NCBI GenBank assembly: GCA_021816845.1
Contig: JAKAWT010000001.1
Coordinates: 198,087-262,086 of the forward strand
Origin: a bacterium
Lineage (GTDB): Bacteria; Patescibacteriota; Dojkabacteria; JAKAPS01; JAJZLI01
DNA length: 64,000 bases
Direction of reading: 5' to 3'
Position 1 is the first letter of the stretch; each line of letters opens with the position of its first letter. The notes beneath the pieces are model-generated. The model saw only the letters and a program-made list of their open reading frames with translations. It made no database searches and was not told the DNA's origin. This document shows, piece by piece, positions 29,761 through 38,788 of this stretch. The position numbers and the translations under genes are program-made.

Positions 29761-32589
29761 ATGAATGGGTATAAATCCAAAGTTGAAGATTTCAATAATT
29801 CTCAGAATAAGCATTTTTACGAGACATCGTTATATCCATCTATTTTTCAAAAAACATTAGATGAGGAAGCATTTATATACTCACTAACCCCAGATGAGGT
29901 TATTAAAATTTTAAGAACTGATAAAGATAAAGGATTGTCAAGTACTGAAGTTGAAAAATTGATTGAAGTACATGGACAAAATAAACTACAAGAAAAGTCC
30001 AACTTTAACGCATTTAAAATATTTTTCTCCCAATTTAAAGATTTCCTAGCGTTACTGCTTTTTATAGCAATGATATCTGGTTACCTAACTGGCCAACCTA
30101 TAATAGGAGACATACTATTCTTACTTATACTTTTCAACGCAACAGCTGGTTTTATACAAGAATATAGAGCAGAGAAAACAATGGAAGCCCTGGCTAATAT
30201 GATACCGAAAAAAATAGAGGTTATAAGAGATTCTAAGTTACAAACTATAGATTCCATAGATCTTGTTCCAGGAGACATCATCATATTACAGGCAGGAACA
30301 GATATACCAGCTGATTGTAGATTGATAGAGTCTAATTACCTTGAATGTCAAGAGGCTTCAATAACTGGAGAAAATGCTCCAAGAGCAAAAACTGTTGACG
30401 AACATGAGAAAAAAATACTATCCATATTTGACGTAACAAACCTTGTTTTTATGGGTACTACTGTATCATCAGGATCAGGGAAAGCAGTAGTTGTAGGAAC
30501 AGGGATGAATACAGAGTTTGGTAAAATCGCTCAATCAGCTCAAATCACAAAAAAAGAGAAATCACCTCTCCAGAAAGAACTGTTTTTAGCTGGAGAATAT
30601 CTTATAATCATAGCACTTGTTGTTGCAATAATAGCATTCTCAATAAATTTCTTCTATGCTAAGGATTCTTTTAATACAACTTTGATACTAGCACTGGGAC
30701 TTGCTGTTGGGGTTGTTCCTGAAGGTTTACCATCTACTGTTACTGCGGCACTAGCTTTTGCAGTTAAAAAACTTGCAAAAAAAAATGTAGTAGTAAAAAA
30801 ACTTACTTCTACTGAAACTTTAGGATCATGTAATATTATAGTAACAGATAAAACGGGAACCTTAACAAAGAATGAAATGACTGTAAAAAAAATATTCTTT
30901 TTTGGAATTGATTCTCTTAATAAAGATGATACTGCCAAAAAGCAAGATTATGTAGATGTTACGGGAGTTGGATATGCATATGACGGAGAAATCAAAATGG
31001 ATTTAACCAATAAAAAAGCTAAAATCATATTAGATCTTCTACTGAAATCCTCCACCTTATGTAACAATTCAGAAATTAACTATGATCAATCAAAAAATAA
31101 ATATACAGTCGTTGGGGATCCTCTTGAAGGAGCATTACTATCTTTCTCAGCCAAGATAGATAAAAATTTTGAAGATTTAAAGAAAAAATATGTAAGGATT
31201 AAAGAAGTCCCATTTGATGCTAGAAGGAAAATGATGTCAGTTATTGTTAAATATGATGATAAAAGTTATGTATTCACAAAAGGAGCCATGGAAGATGTGT
31301 TGGCAATATCTAAAGATACAATGTTATTAGATAAAAAAGTAAATCTTACCTTGAAATTAGAAAGAGAACTTATTAGAAAAGGAGAAGATTTTTCAAATGA
31401 TACTTTACGTGTCATAGCATTTGCCTATAAAGAAATTATTGGGGATATAGACAATTTAAGCCCAAAGGATATAGAGAATAACCTTACTTTTATAGGTATT
31501 ACAGGCATACAAGACCCTCCACGAGAAGAAGTATATAAGGCTATACTGGATGCAAAGAATGCAGGCATTAAAGTAATAATGTGTACAGGTGATTCTCCTG
31601 AAACAGCTCTTGCAATAGGGAAGATGATTAATATTGCAGATTTGGATACAACTGTTATAACTGGGACTCAAATGAAAAATATGCCACATAAAGATTTAGA
31701 AAATATACTAAAAGCTGGGAATGTTATATTTGCAAGGACAACACCACTAGGAAAATTAAATATCGTGGAAATTCTACAGAGACAAGGGAATATTGTTGCA
31801 GTCACTGGAGATGGTGTTAACGATGCCCCAGCATTAAAGGCTGCAGATATAGGAGTTGCAATGGGCATAACTGGTACAGATGCAGCAAAAGAAAGTGCTG
31901 ACCTGATACTCCTCAATGACAGTTTTCAATCTATTGTATACGCAATATCTGAAGGTCGACAGATATATGACAATATAAAAAAGTTCATCAGATTTGTTGT
32001 AACAATAGATATAGCAGAAATGATGACGATTTTCATTGGGTCATTATTTCTATTTCCTCCAGTTATGTATGTTCTACAAATATTAACAATAGACTTGATA
32101 GTAAACATTATTCCATCATTAATCCTGTCATCTGACCTCCCTGATCCAGACATAATGGATAGGCCTCCAAGAAGTAAGAAAAATCATTTGTTTGATAAAG
32201 AAACATTGGTACCAGTATTAATGAATGGAACTATCATTGCTATATTAGCAGTCATAATCTTTTATATTGTATACCACACCTATAATAATTACTTCATGGC
32301 AACGACAGCTGCATACTCAACCCTAGTGTTTGCCCAGGTTGGTAACTTCCTTTCATCAAGATCATATAAATATTCTATATTCTCATTTAAAGTATTAAGT
32401 TATTCAAAGATATTTATCGGGATTTTGACTATAATAATATTTCAATCTCTATTTATATTCTTGCCATTTTTCAACGCAATATTACATACTTCTCCATTAA
32501 AAACAGATATAATCTTCTACTATGTATTTGTCATAATTCTTCTGATTATTGTAGAAGAAATAAGAAAATTGATTATACGTAAATTTTAA
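29761..32589 (+). CDS. P-type II cation-transporting ATPase
   Basis: TGEN, VPEGLP, DKTGTLT, KGAME, TGDGVNDAPAL and about 10 TMs. Confidence 0.96.
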   Translation: MNGYKSKVEDFNNSQNKHFYETSLYPSIFQKTLDEEAFIYSLTPDEVIKILRTDKDKGLSSTEVEKLIEVHGQNKLQEKSNFNAFKIFFSQFKDFLALLLFIAMISGYLTGQPIIGDILFLLILFNATAGFIQEYRAEKTMEALANMIPKKIEVIRDSKLQTIDSIDLVPGDIIILQAGTDIPADCRLIESNYLECQEASITGENAPRAKTVDEHEKKILSIFDVTNLVFMGTTVSSGSGKAVVVGTGMNTEFGKIAQSAQITKKEKSPLQKELFLAGEYLIIIALVVAIIAFSINFFYAKDSFNTTLILALGLAVGVVPEGLPSTVTAALAFAVKKLAKKNVVVKKLTSTETLGSCNIIVTDKTGTLTKNEMTVKKIFFFGIDSLNKDDTAKKQDYVDVTGVGYAYDGEIKMDLTNKKAKIILDLLLKSSTLCNNSEINYDQSKNKYTVVGDPLEGALLSFSAKIDKNFEDLKKKYVRIKEVPFDARRKMMSVIVKYDDKSYVFTKGAMEDVLAISKDTMLLDKKVNLTLKLERELIRKGEDFSNDTLRVIAFAYKEIIGDIDNLSPKDIENNLTFIGITGIQDPPREEVYKAILDAKNAGIKVIMCTGDSPETALAIGKMINIADLDTTVITGTQMKNMPHKDLENILKAGNVIFARTTPLGKLNIVEILQRQGNIVAVTGDGVNDAPALKAADIGVAMGITGTDAAKESADLILLNDSFQSIVYAISEGRQIYDNIKKFIRFVVTIDIAEMMTIFIGSLFLFPPVMYVLQILTIDLIVNIIPSLILSSDLPDPDIMDRPPRSKKNHLFDKETLVPVLMNGTIIAILAVIIFYIVYHTYNNYFMATTAAYSTLVFAQVGNFLSSRSYKYSIFSFKVLSYSKIFIGILTIIIFQSLFIFLPFFNAILHTSPLKTDIIFYYVFVIILLIIVEEIRKLIIRKF

Positions 32590-32679
32590 AATTACAACAC
32601 CACCTATTGATGTACATGTATAATATAGGTATATATCAAAGCACCCTATTGCTATTTTAAAAAAGTATTTGTAGAATGG

Positions 32680-33735
32680 ATGTTACAACCAAATATGTTT
32701 AAAATAGTAAAATCTGATATATACAAACAAGCATTAATTGCTAAAATAAAAAAAGCCCAATCTAGAATATATATCCAAGCTATGGCCATAGAGTTTACTG
32801 AAGATATATCATCTATTATTGATGAGCTTATAAATGCTAAAATAAAAGGTGTAGATGTTAGAATTAACATAGATTGGTATTCTAAAATGTATACCTCTTC
32901 ACATATAAATAAATACCCTCTATTACTAAAGACTAAAAAAAACGTAATAGAAAAAATAAAGAGGGAAAATAATACTTATATCCAAAAACTTTTAGATGCA
33001 AATATACAAATTATATACATTAACAAACCTAAGCATAAAATTAGTGAATATATCCCTTATGTAGGAAGAAATCATATGAAATTTATTCTTATTGATGAAT
33101 GTGTATTTATAGGAGGGATGAATATATCTCAAAGATCTTTTAAAAATGTAGATTTTATGGCTGAGAGTAACAATAATATGTTAAAAGAAACCATACTTAA
33201 AATATTTACTAATAATCACACTTTGTATAACAATAGCGAGATACCTCTATCATCTGATTCTTCTCTCCTTGTAGATGTAGGTACATTCGGGAATTCCATA
33301 ATATATAAAAAAGCATTAGAAAGTATTAAATCTTCAAAATCAAGTATAAAATATATATCACAATTCCTTCCAAATTTTAATATTTTAAAAGCTTTAAATG
33401 ATGCTGCAAAAAGATCTGTAGATGTAAGCATAATTACATATGATAAAAGATTAGCTAACCAAAAATTTGCAAACAGAATAGATCATCTACTTTTCACGTT
33501 GTCAAAGAAGAACTTAAATGTCATGTATAATAAAGATAAATATGTACATGCTAAATTACTACTTGTAGATGATAATGAGGATGGGACTGCACTTTTTGGA
33601 TCACATAATTTTTCACCATTTGGTGTATATTTTAAAACAGCTGAGATAGCTATATCAACAAAAAATAAAGAGTGCTTAAATGACCTAAATAATTGGTATT
33701 CAAGTATCAAGGATAATCTAGATACTAATGCCTAG
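32680..33735 (+). CDS. Phospholipase D/cardiolipin synthase-like protein
   Basis: Two HKD motifs: HMKFILID...GGMN and HAKLLLVD...GSHN. No TM segment. Confidence 0.88.
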   Translation: MLQPNMFKIVKSDIYKQALIAKIKKAQSRIYIQAMAIEFTEDISSIIDELINAKIKGVDVRINIDWYSKMYTSSHINKYPLLLKTKKNVIEKIKRENNTYIQKLLDANIQIIYINKPKHKISEYIPYVGRNHMKFILIDECVFIGGMNISQRSFKNVDFMAESNNNMLKETILKIFTNNHTLYNNSEIPLSSDSSLLVDVGTFGNSIIYKKALESIKSSKSSIKYISQFLPNFNILKALNDAAKRSVDVSIITYDKRLANQKFANRIDHLLFTLSKKNLNVMYNKDKYVHAKLLLVDDNEDGTALFGSHNFSPFGVYFKTAEIAISTKNKECLNDLNNWYSSIKDNLDTNA

Positions 33736-33746
33736 ATATATCATAA

Positions 33747-34673
33747 CTAATTAAAAACGTTACTCCACCCTGAATGTTGGAACTGTAGAAGAAAATTATC
33801 AGAAGCAGATGCAGTAACTTCTGCGGTATATAAAACTAAAGAATAGTTATTTTTTGGTTTTACCTGTATTTCTACTGTTGCAGCTCCCAATCCATACTTT
33901 AGATAATATATAGTGTTATTATCTATTATTGCTCCATACACAGTAAAAGGAAAATACCCCCAATTTGTAAATTCATTCATGTAAAAATGGAGTAGATTTG
34001 TTATTTGTGTTTGATTTTGCGTCCATAAAATAGCCTCACCTGTGATCATTTCTATAGGTTTGTTGTATTGAAATTTAGAAACATTCGCCAAATTTGAAGA
34101 ATAATATGTAAAACCAGTCTCTGTAATCACGCTAACATTGGATACATTTAAAGATGATAGCACATCTTGCATATCAGATTGTGTAAAAGGATATGACCCT
34201 CCACTTCTAAAAGATATGGGTGAAAATAAAGACCTAAAATCTCTATACTCTTTAGTTAATTTTTGAGGTATGAATAAAGCTACAGAAATATTATTTGAAA
34301 ATTCTTTATATGTTATTACATAAGGACCTTTTGTAAAATTTATTTTATTTTGAAATATATAATACTTGAAACCTCTACTCATATAGTATGGAAATGAAGT
34401 ATTTTCAAATGATAAGAATGAATCATTTATATTAAAGTTTAACACTTCATAGCTACCATTTTTAACTATATTGGTTTTAGTTGTATTTGAAGATGATGGA
34501 TTTAGATATTTTTCAAAAGATATAAGGGTAGAGTCTTTAAATGGATAATTTGAAGAGGATGTTATACTTTTTTCTATTGCAGGAGAATGTAGAAGAAAAA
34601 TATATGTAATTATCGCAAGGTACACAATAAGTACTATAAAAAAAATTATTGATTTTTTAGTTCTCAATTTCAT
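33747..34673 (-). CDS. Hypothetical membrane-anchored exported protein
   Basis: 308-aa ORF with an N-terminal signal anchor, rich in S/N/F/Y. TATAAT lies 7 nt before the ATG. Confidence 0.7.
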   Translation of the reverse strand: MKLRTKKSIIFFIVLIVYLAIITYIFLLHSPAIEKSITSSSNYPFKDSTLISFEKYLNPSSSNTTKTNIVKNGSYEVLNFNINDSFLSFENTSFPYYMSRGFKYYIFQNKINFTKGPYVITYKEFSNNISVALFIPQKLTKEYRDFRSLFSPISFRSGGSYPFTQSDMQDVLSSLNVSNVSVITETGFTYYSSNLANVSKFQYNKPIEMITGEAILWTQNQTQITNLLHFYMNEFTNWGYFPFTVYGAIIDNNTIYYLKYGLGAATVEIQVKPKNNYSLVLYTAEVTASASDNFLLQFQHSGWSNVFN

Positions 34674-34755
34674 ACCTTAGATTATACAGTTAAAACCTTT
34701 TATATAAAAGTATTTTTTGATATACTTCAAAAATAAGGTTTGTATTTAATTTAAA

Positions 34756-34843
34756 GGAGAGGTACCCAAGTGGCTGAAGGGGAGGGTTTGCTAAACCCTT
34801 AGGAATCGAAAGGTTCGCGAGAGTTCGAATCTCTCTCTCTCCG
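34756..34843 (+). tRNA. tRNA-Ser(GCT)
   Basis: GGAGAGG acceptor, AGGGT-TTGCTAA-ACCCT, long variable arm and GTTCGAATC. Confidence 0.95.
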
Positions 34844-34876
34844 AATCAGAAACTATGAATATAAATTCTATCATAT

Positions 34877-34963
34877 GGAGAGGTGGCCGAGTGGTTTAAG
34901 GCAACAGTCTTGAAAACTGTCAAGGGTGAAAGCTCTTCGTGAGTTCGAATCTCACCCTCTCCG
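34877..34963 (+). tRNA. tRNA-Ser(TGA)
   Basis: GGAGAGG acceptor, ACAGT-CTTGAAA-ACTGT, long variable arm and GTTCGAATC. Confidence 0.96.
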
Positions 34964-35009
34964 AATTAGAGTTATATATATTAAGATAATTTTTAAGATA
35001 ACCTTTATT

Positions 35010-35232
35010 ATGTTTATAAATATTGTTTTAGGATATAGAATATTCACACCAAAGGATTATATATAAGAATTATCTGAATACATACTTAAATTTAATCTCT
35101 AAAAATACTCCTAATATTATTACTGGAGGAGTATCAAATCCACACTACAAATATCTGTCAGAAGCAAAATCCATGGGAGAATATTTAATCTCTAATAATA
35201 CTCTAAAATACAAACTATCATACAAACAATAA
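35010..35232 (+). pseudogene. Frameshifted and truncated YdcF/SanA (DUF218) remnant
   Basis: MFINIVLGYRIFTPKDYI* in one frame continues as YKNYL...IITGGVSNPHYKYLSEAKSMGEYL in another. VLG, TGG and SEAxxM motifs are in DUF218 order. Confidence 0.6.
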
Positions 35233-35363
35233 TGTTATTAATATTACCTATTTAACAGTTAATGATAAAACTATATTCAACCTAATGAATAAAATATATA
35301 ATCTTATATAATAATGAATATATTAATTTGGAACACTATAATATATACTTATATAGAAAAAAT

Positions 35364-36425
35364 ATGAGTAAAATTCACTACGATAAAACAAAATTCATAT
35401 TCCCTATACTAATGATAATTCTCTTCGCGGGCACATTAATTTATGTAAAGCACATACAGAATAATACTAATGTTATTACTAAAAAAATAATCTTACATAA
35501 GAGGCCTGCAAAAAAGGCTCTTCTAATTAAGAATGTATCAACTGGACCATTAGGCCAGAACATTTATATATGTGATTCAAAAAATAATAGAATTATAGAA
35601 GTTAATCCTCAAAAACAGATAATATGGCAAATGGATAATATAAAGGATCCTGATGATGTACAGGTATATAAACCTAATAGATTAATTGTAAATGAGGAAG
35701 ATTATAGTAAAGTAGTAGAGATAAATACCCAAACAAAACAAATTATATGGAGTTACGGTCATCTTGGTGTGTCTGGGTCAGCTACTGGATATCTTGGTCA
35801 ATATGTAGATGATTCATTTAGGTTACCTGGAGGAAATACATTAATAACTGATGATGTGAACATGAGAGTCATAGCAGTAAATAAGCTCGGTCAAATAGTT
35901 TGGCAATATGGGCATACAGGAATAAGATCTAATGCTCCAGGATATCTAAATGCTCCAAATGATGCCATGCCTATTCCAGGAGGGAGCGTCCTTATTACAA
36001 ATATTGGCAACCACATGGCTATAGATGTTAGCATAAATACAAAACAGATACTTTGGCAATTAAATATACCCCAATCTTATCCTTCTGATGCAGTACCTCT
36101 CCCTAATGGAAATATCATATCTACAGACTGGGTTAACCCAGGGAAAATACAAGAAATTACAAGACAAGGACAAGTAGTGTGGACATATCAACCCCAAGGT
36201 GCAAATGCTCTAAACCATCCATCTTCCACACAATTACTGCCTAATGGTAATTACTTAGTAGTTGATGATCATAATGATAGGGTATTTGTACTAAATCCAA
36301 AAACACAACAAATATTATGGCAATATGGTATTACTGGAGTAGCCGGCATCGGCACCAATATGCTGAATGATCCTTCAGGTGTTGCTTTATCTACCCCAAT
36401 GGAATCTCCTGCCTTTGTAAATTAA
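35364..36425 (+). CDS. Membrane-anchored NHL/PQQ-like beta-propeller repeat protein
   Basis: Signal anchor; repeats such as IIWSYGHLGVSG, IVWQYGHTGIRS, ILWQYGITGVAG and LPNGN...D..N.RV. ATG 35364 preferred over TTG 35328. Confidence 0.8.
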   Translation: MSKIHYDKTKFIFPILMIILFAGTLIYVKHIQNNTNVITKKIILHKRPAKKALLIKNVSTGPLGQNIYICDSKNNRIIEVNPQKQIIWQMDNIKDPDDVQVYKPNRLIVNEEDYSKVVEINTQTKQIIWSYGHLGVSGSATGYLGQYVDDSFRLPGGNTLITDDVNMRVIAVNKLGQIVWQYGHTGIRSNAPGYLNAPNDAMPIPGGSVLITNIGNHMAIDVSINTKQILWQLNIPQSYPSDAVPLPNGNIISTDWVNPGKIQEITRQGQVVWTYQPQGANALNHPSSTQLLPNGNYLVVDDHNDRVFVLNPKTQQILWQYGITGVAGIGTNMLNDPSGVALSTPMESPAFVN

Positions 36426-36898
36426 ATAATATCAACACTAAGATCATCAGACCATGCAGGATCATAGTAGGATATTTCATCAATGGTGTATTGACTATCA
36501 ACTATTGAAAATTCTTCACCAATCCCAAGACCTAACATATTACTACCTGGTGGACGACTATAACGAATTACTAATATTTCACCAATTAAAGGATTGTTAA
36601 ATAACCCTTTCCTATTGTCAAGAACATATTTCCAGGCTATCTCTGAAAGAATAAGGTAATTTGTTATATCTGAAGTATTAGTTAGGCTATGAACTCTAAC
36701 GAGGCTTCCTATATCGACCTTGCCTTCACCAAGTTCTCTTTTATATTCATAAGTATCACCACAATCTTTGAGAATATCTTTAAATCTATCTACTTCAAAC
36801 TCACATAACAAACGAGATCCCCTAGATAAAGCATTCCTTGTTTCTAAGGAAAATTGATCCTGTAAAAGAGGCAGAGTACTGGTCCTCAGTGTCTCCAT
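36422..36898 (-). CDS. Hypothetical protein with GreA/GreB C-terminal-like domain
   Basis: KVDIGSLVRV...YLIL...IRYSRPPGSNMLGLGIGEEF...IDEISY follows the Gre C-domain pattern. No N-terminal acidic coiled coil. Confidence 0.5.
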   Translation of the reverse strand: METLRTSTLPLLQDQFSLETRNALSRGSRLLCEFEVDRFKDILKDCGDTYEYKRELGEGKVDIGSLVRVHSLTNTSDITNYLILSEIAWKYVLDNRKGLFNNPLIGEILVIRYSRPPGSNMLGLGIGEEFSIVDSQYTIDEISYYDPAWSDDLSVDII

Positions 36899-36935
36899 AC
36901 CTTGATTATATAGCTAAATAAGTCTTAAAACAAAT

Positions 36936-37412
36936 TTATTCATTTTTCTCTACCTCAAGAAATATTTCCTCATAATAATCTTTGAGCCTCTTATCTACCC
37001 ATATTTTCAGAATATTACTATCCTTATTTATTAAAAATGTTGCTCTTATAACCTTATTATCTTTATTTAATAATTTATATTTAGAGGCTACTACTTTATC
37101 ATTATCAGACAAGATAGAGAAAGGTATTGCATACTTTAAAGAAAATTCGACAACCATATCCACTGTATCTTCACTTATAACAAATAGCAGAGTATTTAGT
37201 TCTTTGAAAAATCTATATTTATCCCTGAATAATTTTATCTCCTTAATTGATCTATTCATATCATCATGTGGATAAAAATAAATAACAACAAAACTTCCTC
37301 TGTAGTGATATAATCCTCTAAAATTACCATCATTGGACATCAAATTAAAATCAGGTGACAGACTACCCACAGATAAGAGTTTAGGAGTATATTTATTAGG
37401 TAAAATGATCAT
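36936..37412 (-). CDS. BCP/PrxQ peroxiredoxin-fold protein without cysteines
   Basis: VGSLSPDFNL, VVIYFYP, PFSILSD and RATFLI. PxxxTxxC is replaced by PHDDMNRS. Confidence 0.85.
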   Translation of the reverse strand: MIILPNKYTPKLLSVGSLSPDFNLMSNDGNFRGLYHYRGSFVVIYFYPHDDMNRSIKEIKLFRDKYRFFKELNTLLFVISEDTVDMVVEFSLKYAIPFSILSDNDKVVASKYKLLNKDNKVIRATFLINKDSNILKIWVDKRLKDYYEEIFLEVEKNE

Positions 37413-37460
37413 AAGAATATTTATACCCTAACATCTTAGCATTAACTAATGAATACAGTA

Positions 37461-38129
37461 TTAAGTATAATATTCTTGGAAATATATTATTTTCCCATAT
37501 ATTTTAAATTTCTCAAGTTTTAACTCTATACTTCTATCGTATAAATTGGATACTGAAGAAGTCAACATTTCTTTAGCATTTACAATCCTATAATTCCTTA
37601 GAATAAAATTACTTTCATTATCATATGCTAGAACCAAATCTCCATCTTTTGGTTTTTTTGATGCTATAACTATTACAGCCTTTTTAGGAAGATTAGAATC
37701 ATTAGTTTCAAGATTTTTCACCTTTATAGCTACAATAGAATCATATAGTTCTATCGCATTAAATGGGACAGAGATTGTAGTTTTTGATGTATACATAGTG
37801 TCTAGAAGATTATCAGGATATATTTTTTCTACTAATGGGATATTCGTATAAGAAACCCCTTTATCATACTTCCATTTCTCAATTATATCTGTCATTAGAT
37901 CTTTATTATCTGTATAGAAATAAAGAATACTTTTTTCAAGTGCTCTTGCAAGTTCTTGCATTCTATAGACAGATATCCTCCTTGTACCTTCCTCATACAA
38001 AGCAACTTCCTTTTTATAAACACCAAGTCTCCTCCCAAGTTCAGATTTACCGATACCTAACTCTTCTCTAGCTTTTTTTAATTTCTGTCCTAGTTGTATT
38101 TGAAATATTGTAGGATTTTTTGTCCTCAT
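37461..38129 (-). CDS. XRE-family HTH regulator with degenerate S24 (CI/LexA-like) C-domain
   Basis: LGQKLKKAREELG...YEEGTRRI HTH, then IPLV, PKDGDLVLA and KIYGKI. Catalytic GDSM absent. Confidence 0.85.
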   Translation of the reverse strand: MRTKNPTIFQIQLGQKLKKAREELGIGKSELGRRLGVYKKEVALYEEGTRRISVYRMQELARALEKSILYFYTDNKDLMTDIIEKWKYDKGVSYTNIPLVEKIYPDNLLDTMYTSKTTISVPFNAIELYDSIVAIKVKNLETNDSNLPKKAVIVIASKKPKDGDLVLAYDNESNFILRNYRIVNAKEMLTSSVSNLYDRSIELKLEKFKIYGKIIYFQEYYT

Positions 38130-38140
38130 TTAGGTAATTA

Positions 38141-38788
38141 TTAAAACTTTTCTGTATATATTTTCTCTATATCGATCTTATTATAATTTGAAAGTATGAA
38201 TTTTTTTATACTTTCTACATTGTTTGGATTTCCAGATATGTAGAAAGACATTAAATTATCTGCATTAGCCTTTATAAAATCTCCTATAATACTTTGTATA
38301 TACATCTTATCTTTTGAAAATGTATACTTAAATTTATCACCAAGTGAAGGAAAATTAAATATCAAATCTAGTTTATCCTTCACACCCCAAAAAAGATAGA
38401 CATCATCTTTCAAAGGCAGGCTTTCTATAATACTCCTTATAGGTGTAATTCCTATTCCCGTAGCTATAAAAATATCTTTGCTACAAAGATCTTTTTTATT
38501 ATATATAAATTTACCGAAAGGTCCTAATATCTCTATATTATCTTCTAATTTCATATTATGCAAAATCGTTTGTGCACCAAGACCATCATCTATTTTTATC
38601 CCAAAAGAGAGATATTGATCTTCTTCTTTGGACAATATTGAGTATGTCCTTTGCAATTTATCCTTGAGTTTTAGAATTAAATATTGTCCAGATTTAAATG
38701 TAAAATTTTCTGGTTTGGACAAAGTCAAAATTATGTACCTATCGTTTATAACATCTTTACCTATTATTTTAACAAAATTCGATATCAT
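38141..38788 (-). CDS. FAD/NAD(P)-binding oxidoreductase (FNR-like)
   Basis: FKSGQY, RTYSI, GPFGKF, IATGIGITP and YISGNP. Confidence 0.9.
   Translation of the reverse strand: MISNFVKIIGKDVINDRYIILTLSKPENFTFKSGQYLILKLKDKLQRTYSILSKEEDQYLSFGIKIDDGLGAQTILHNMKLEDNIEILGPFGKFIYNKKDLCSKDIFIATGIGITPIRSIIESLPLKDDVYLFWGVKDKLDLIFNFPSLGDKFKYTFSKDKMYIQSIIGDFIKANADNLMSFYISGNPNNVESIKKFILSNYNKIDIEKIYTEKF

Noticed and set aside
36936-37412. Selenocysteine peroxiredoxin
   Set aside because: The active-site codon is TCA (Ser) in an open frame, not TGA.
37461-38129. Prophage repressor marking a prophage
   Set aside because: Flanked by rnj, an oxidoreductase and a peroxiredoxin-like gene, with no divergent cro or other phage genes.
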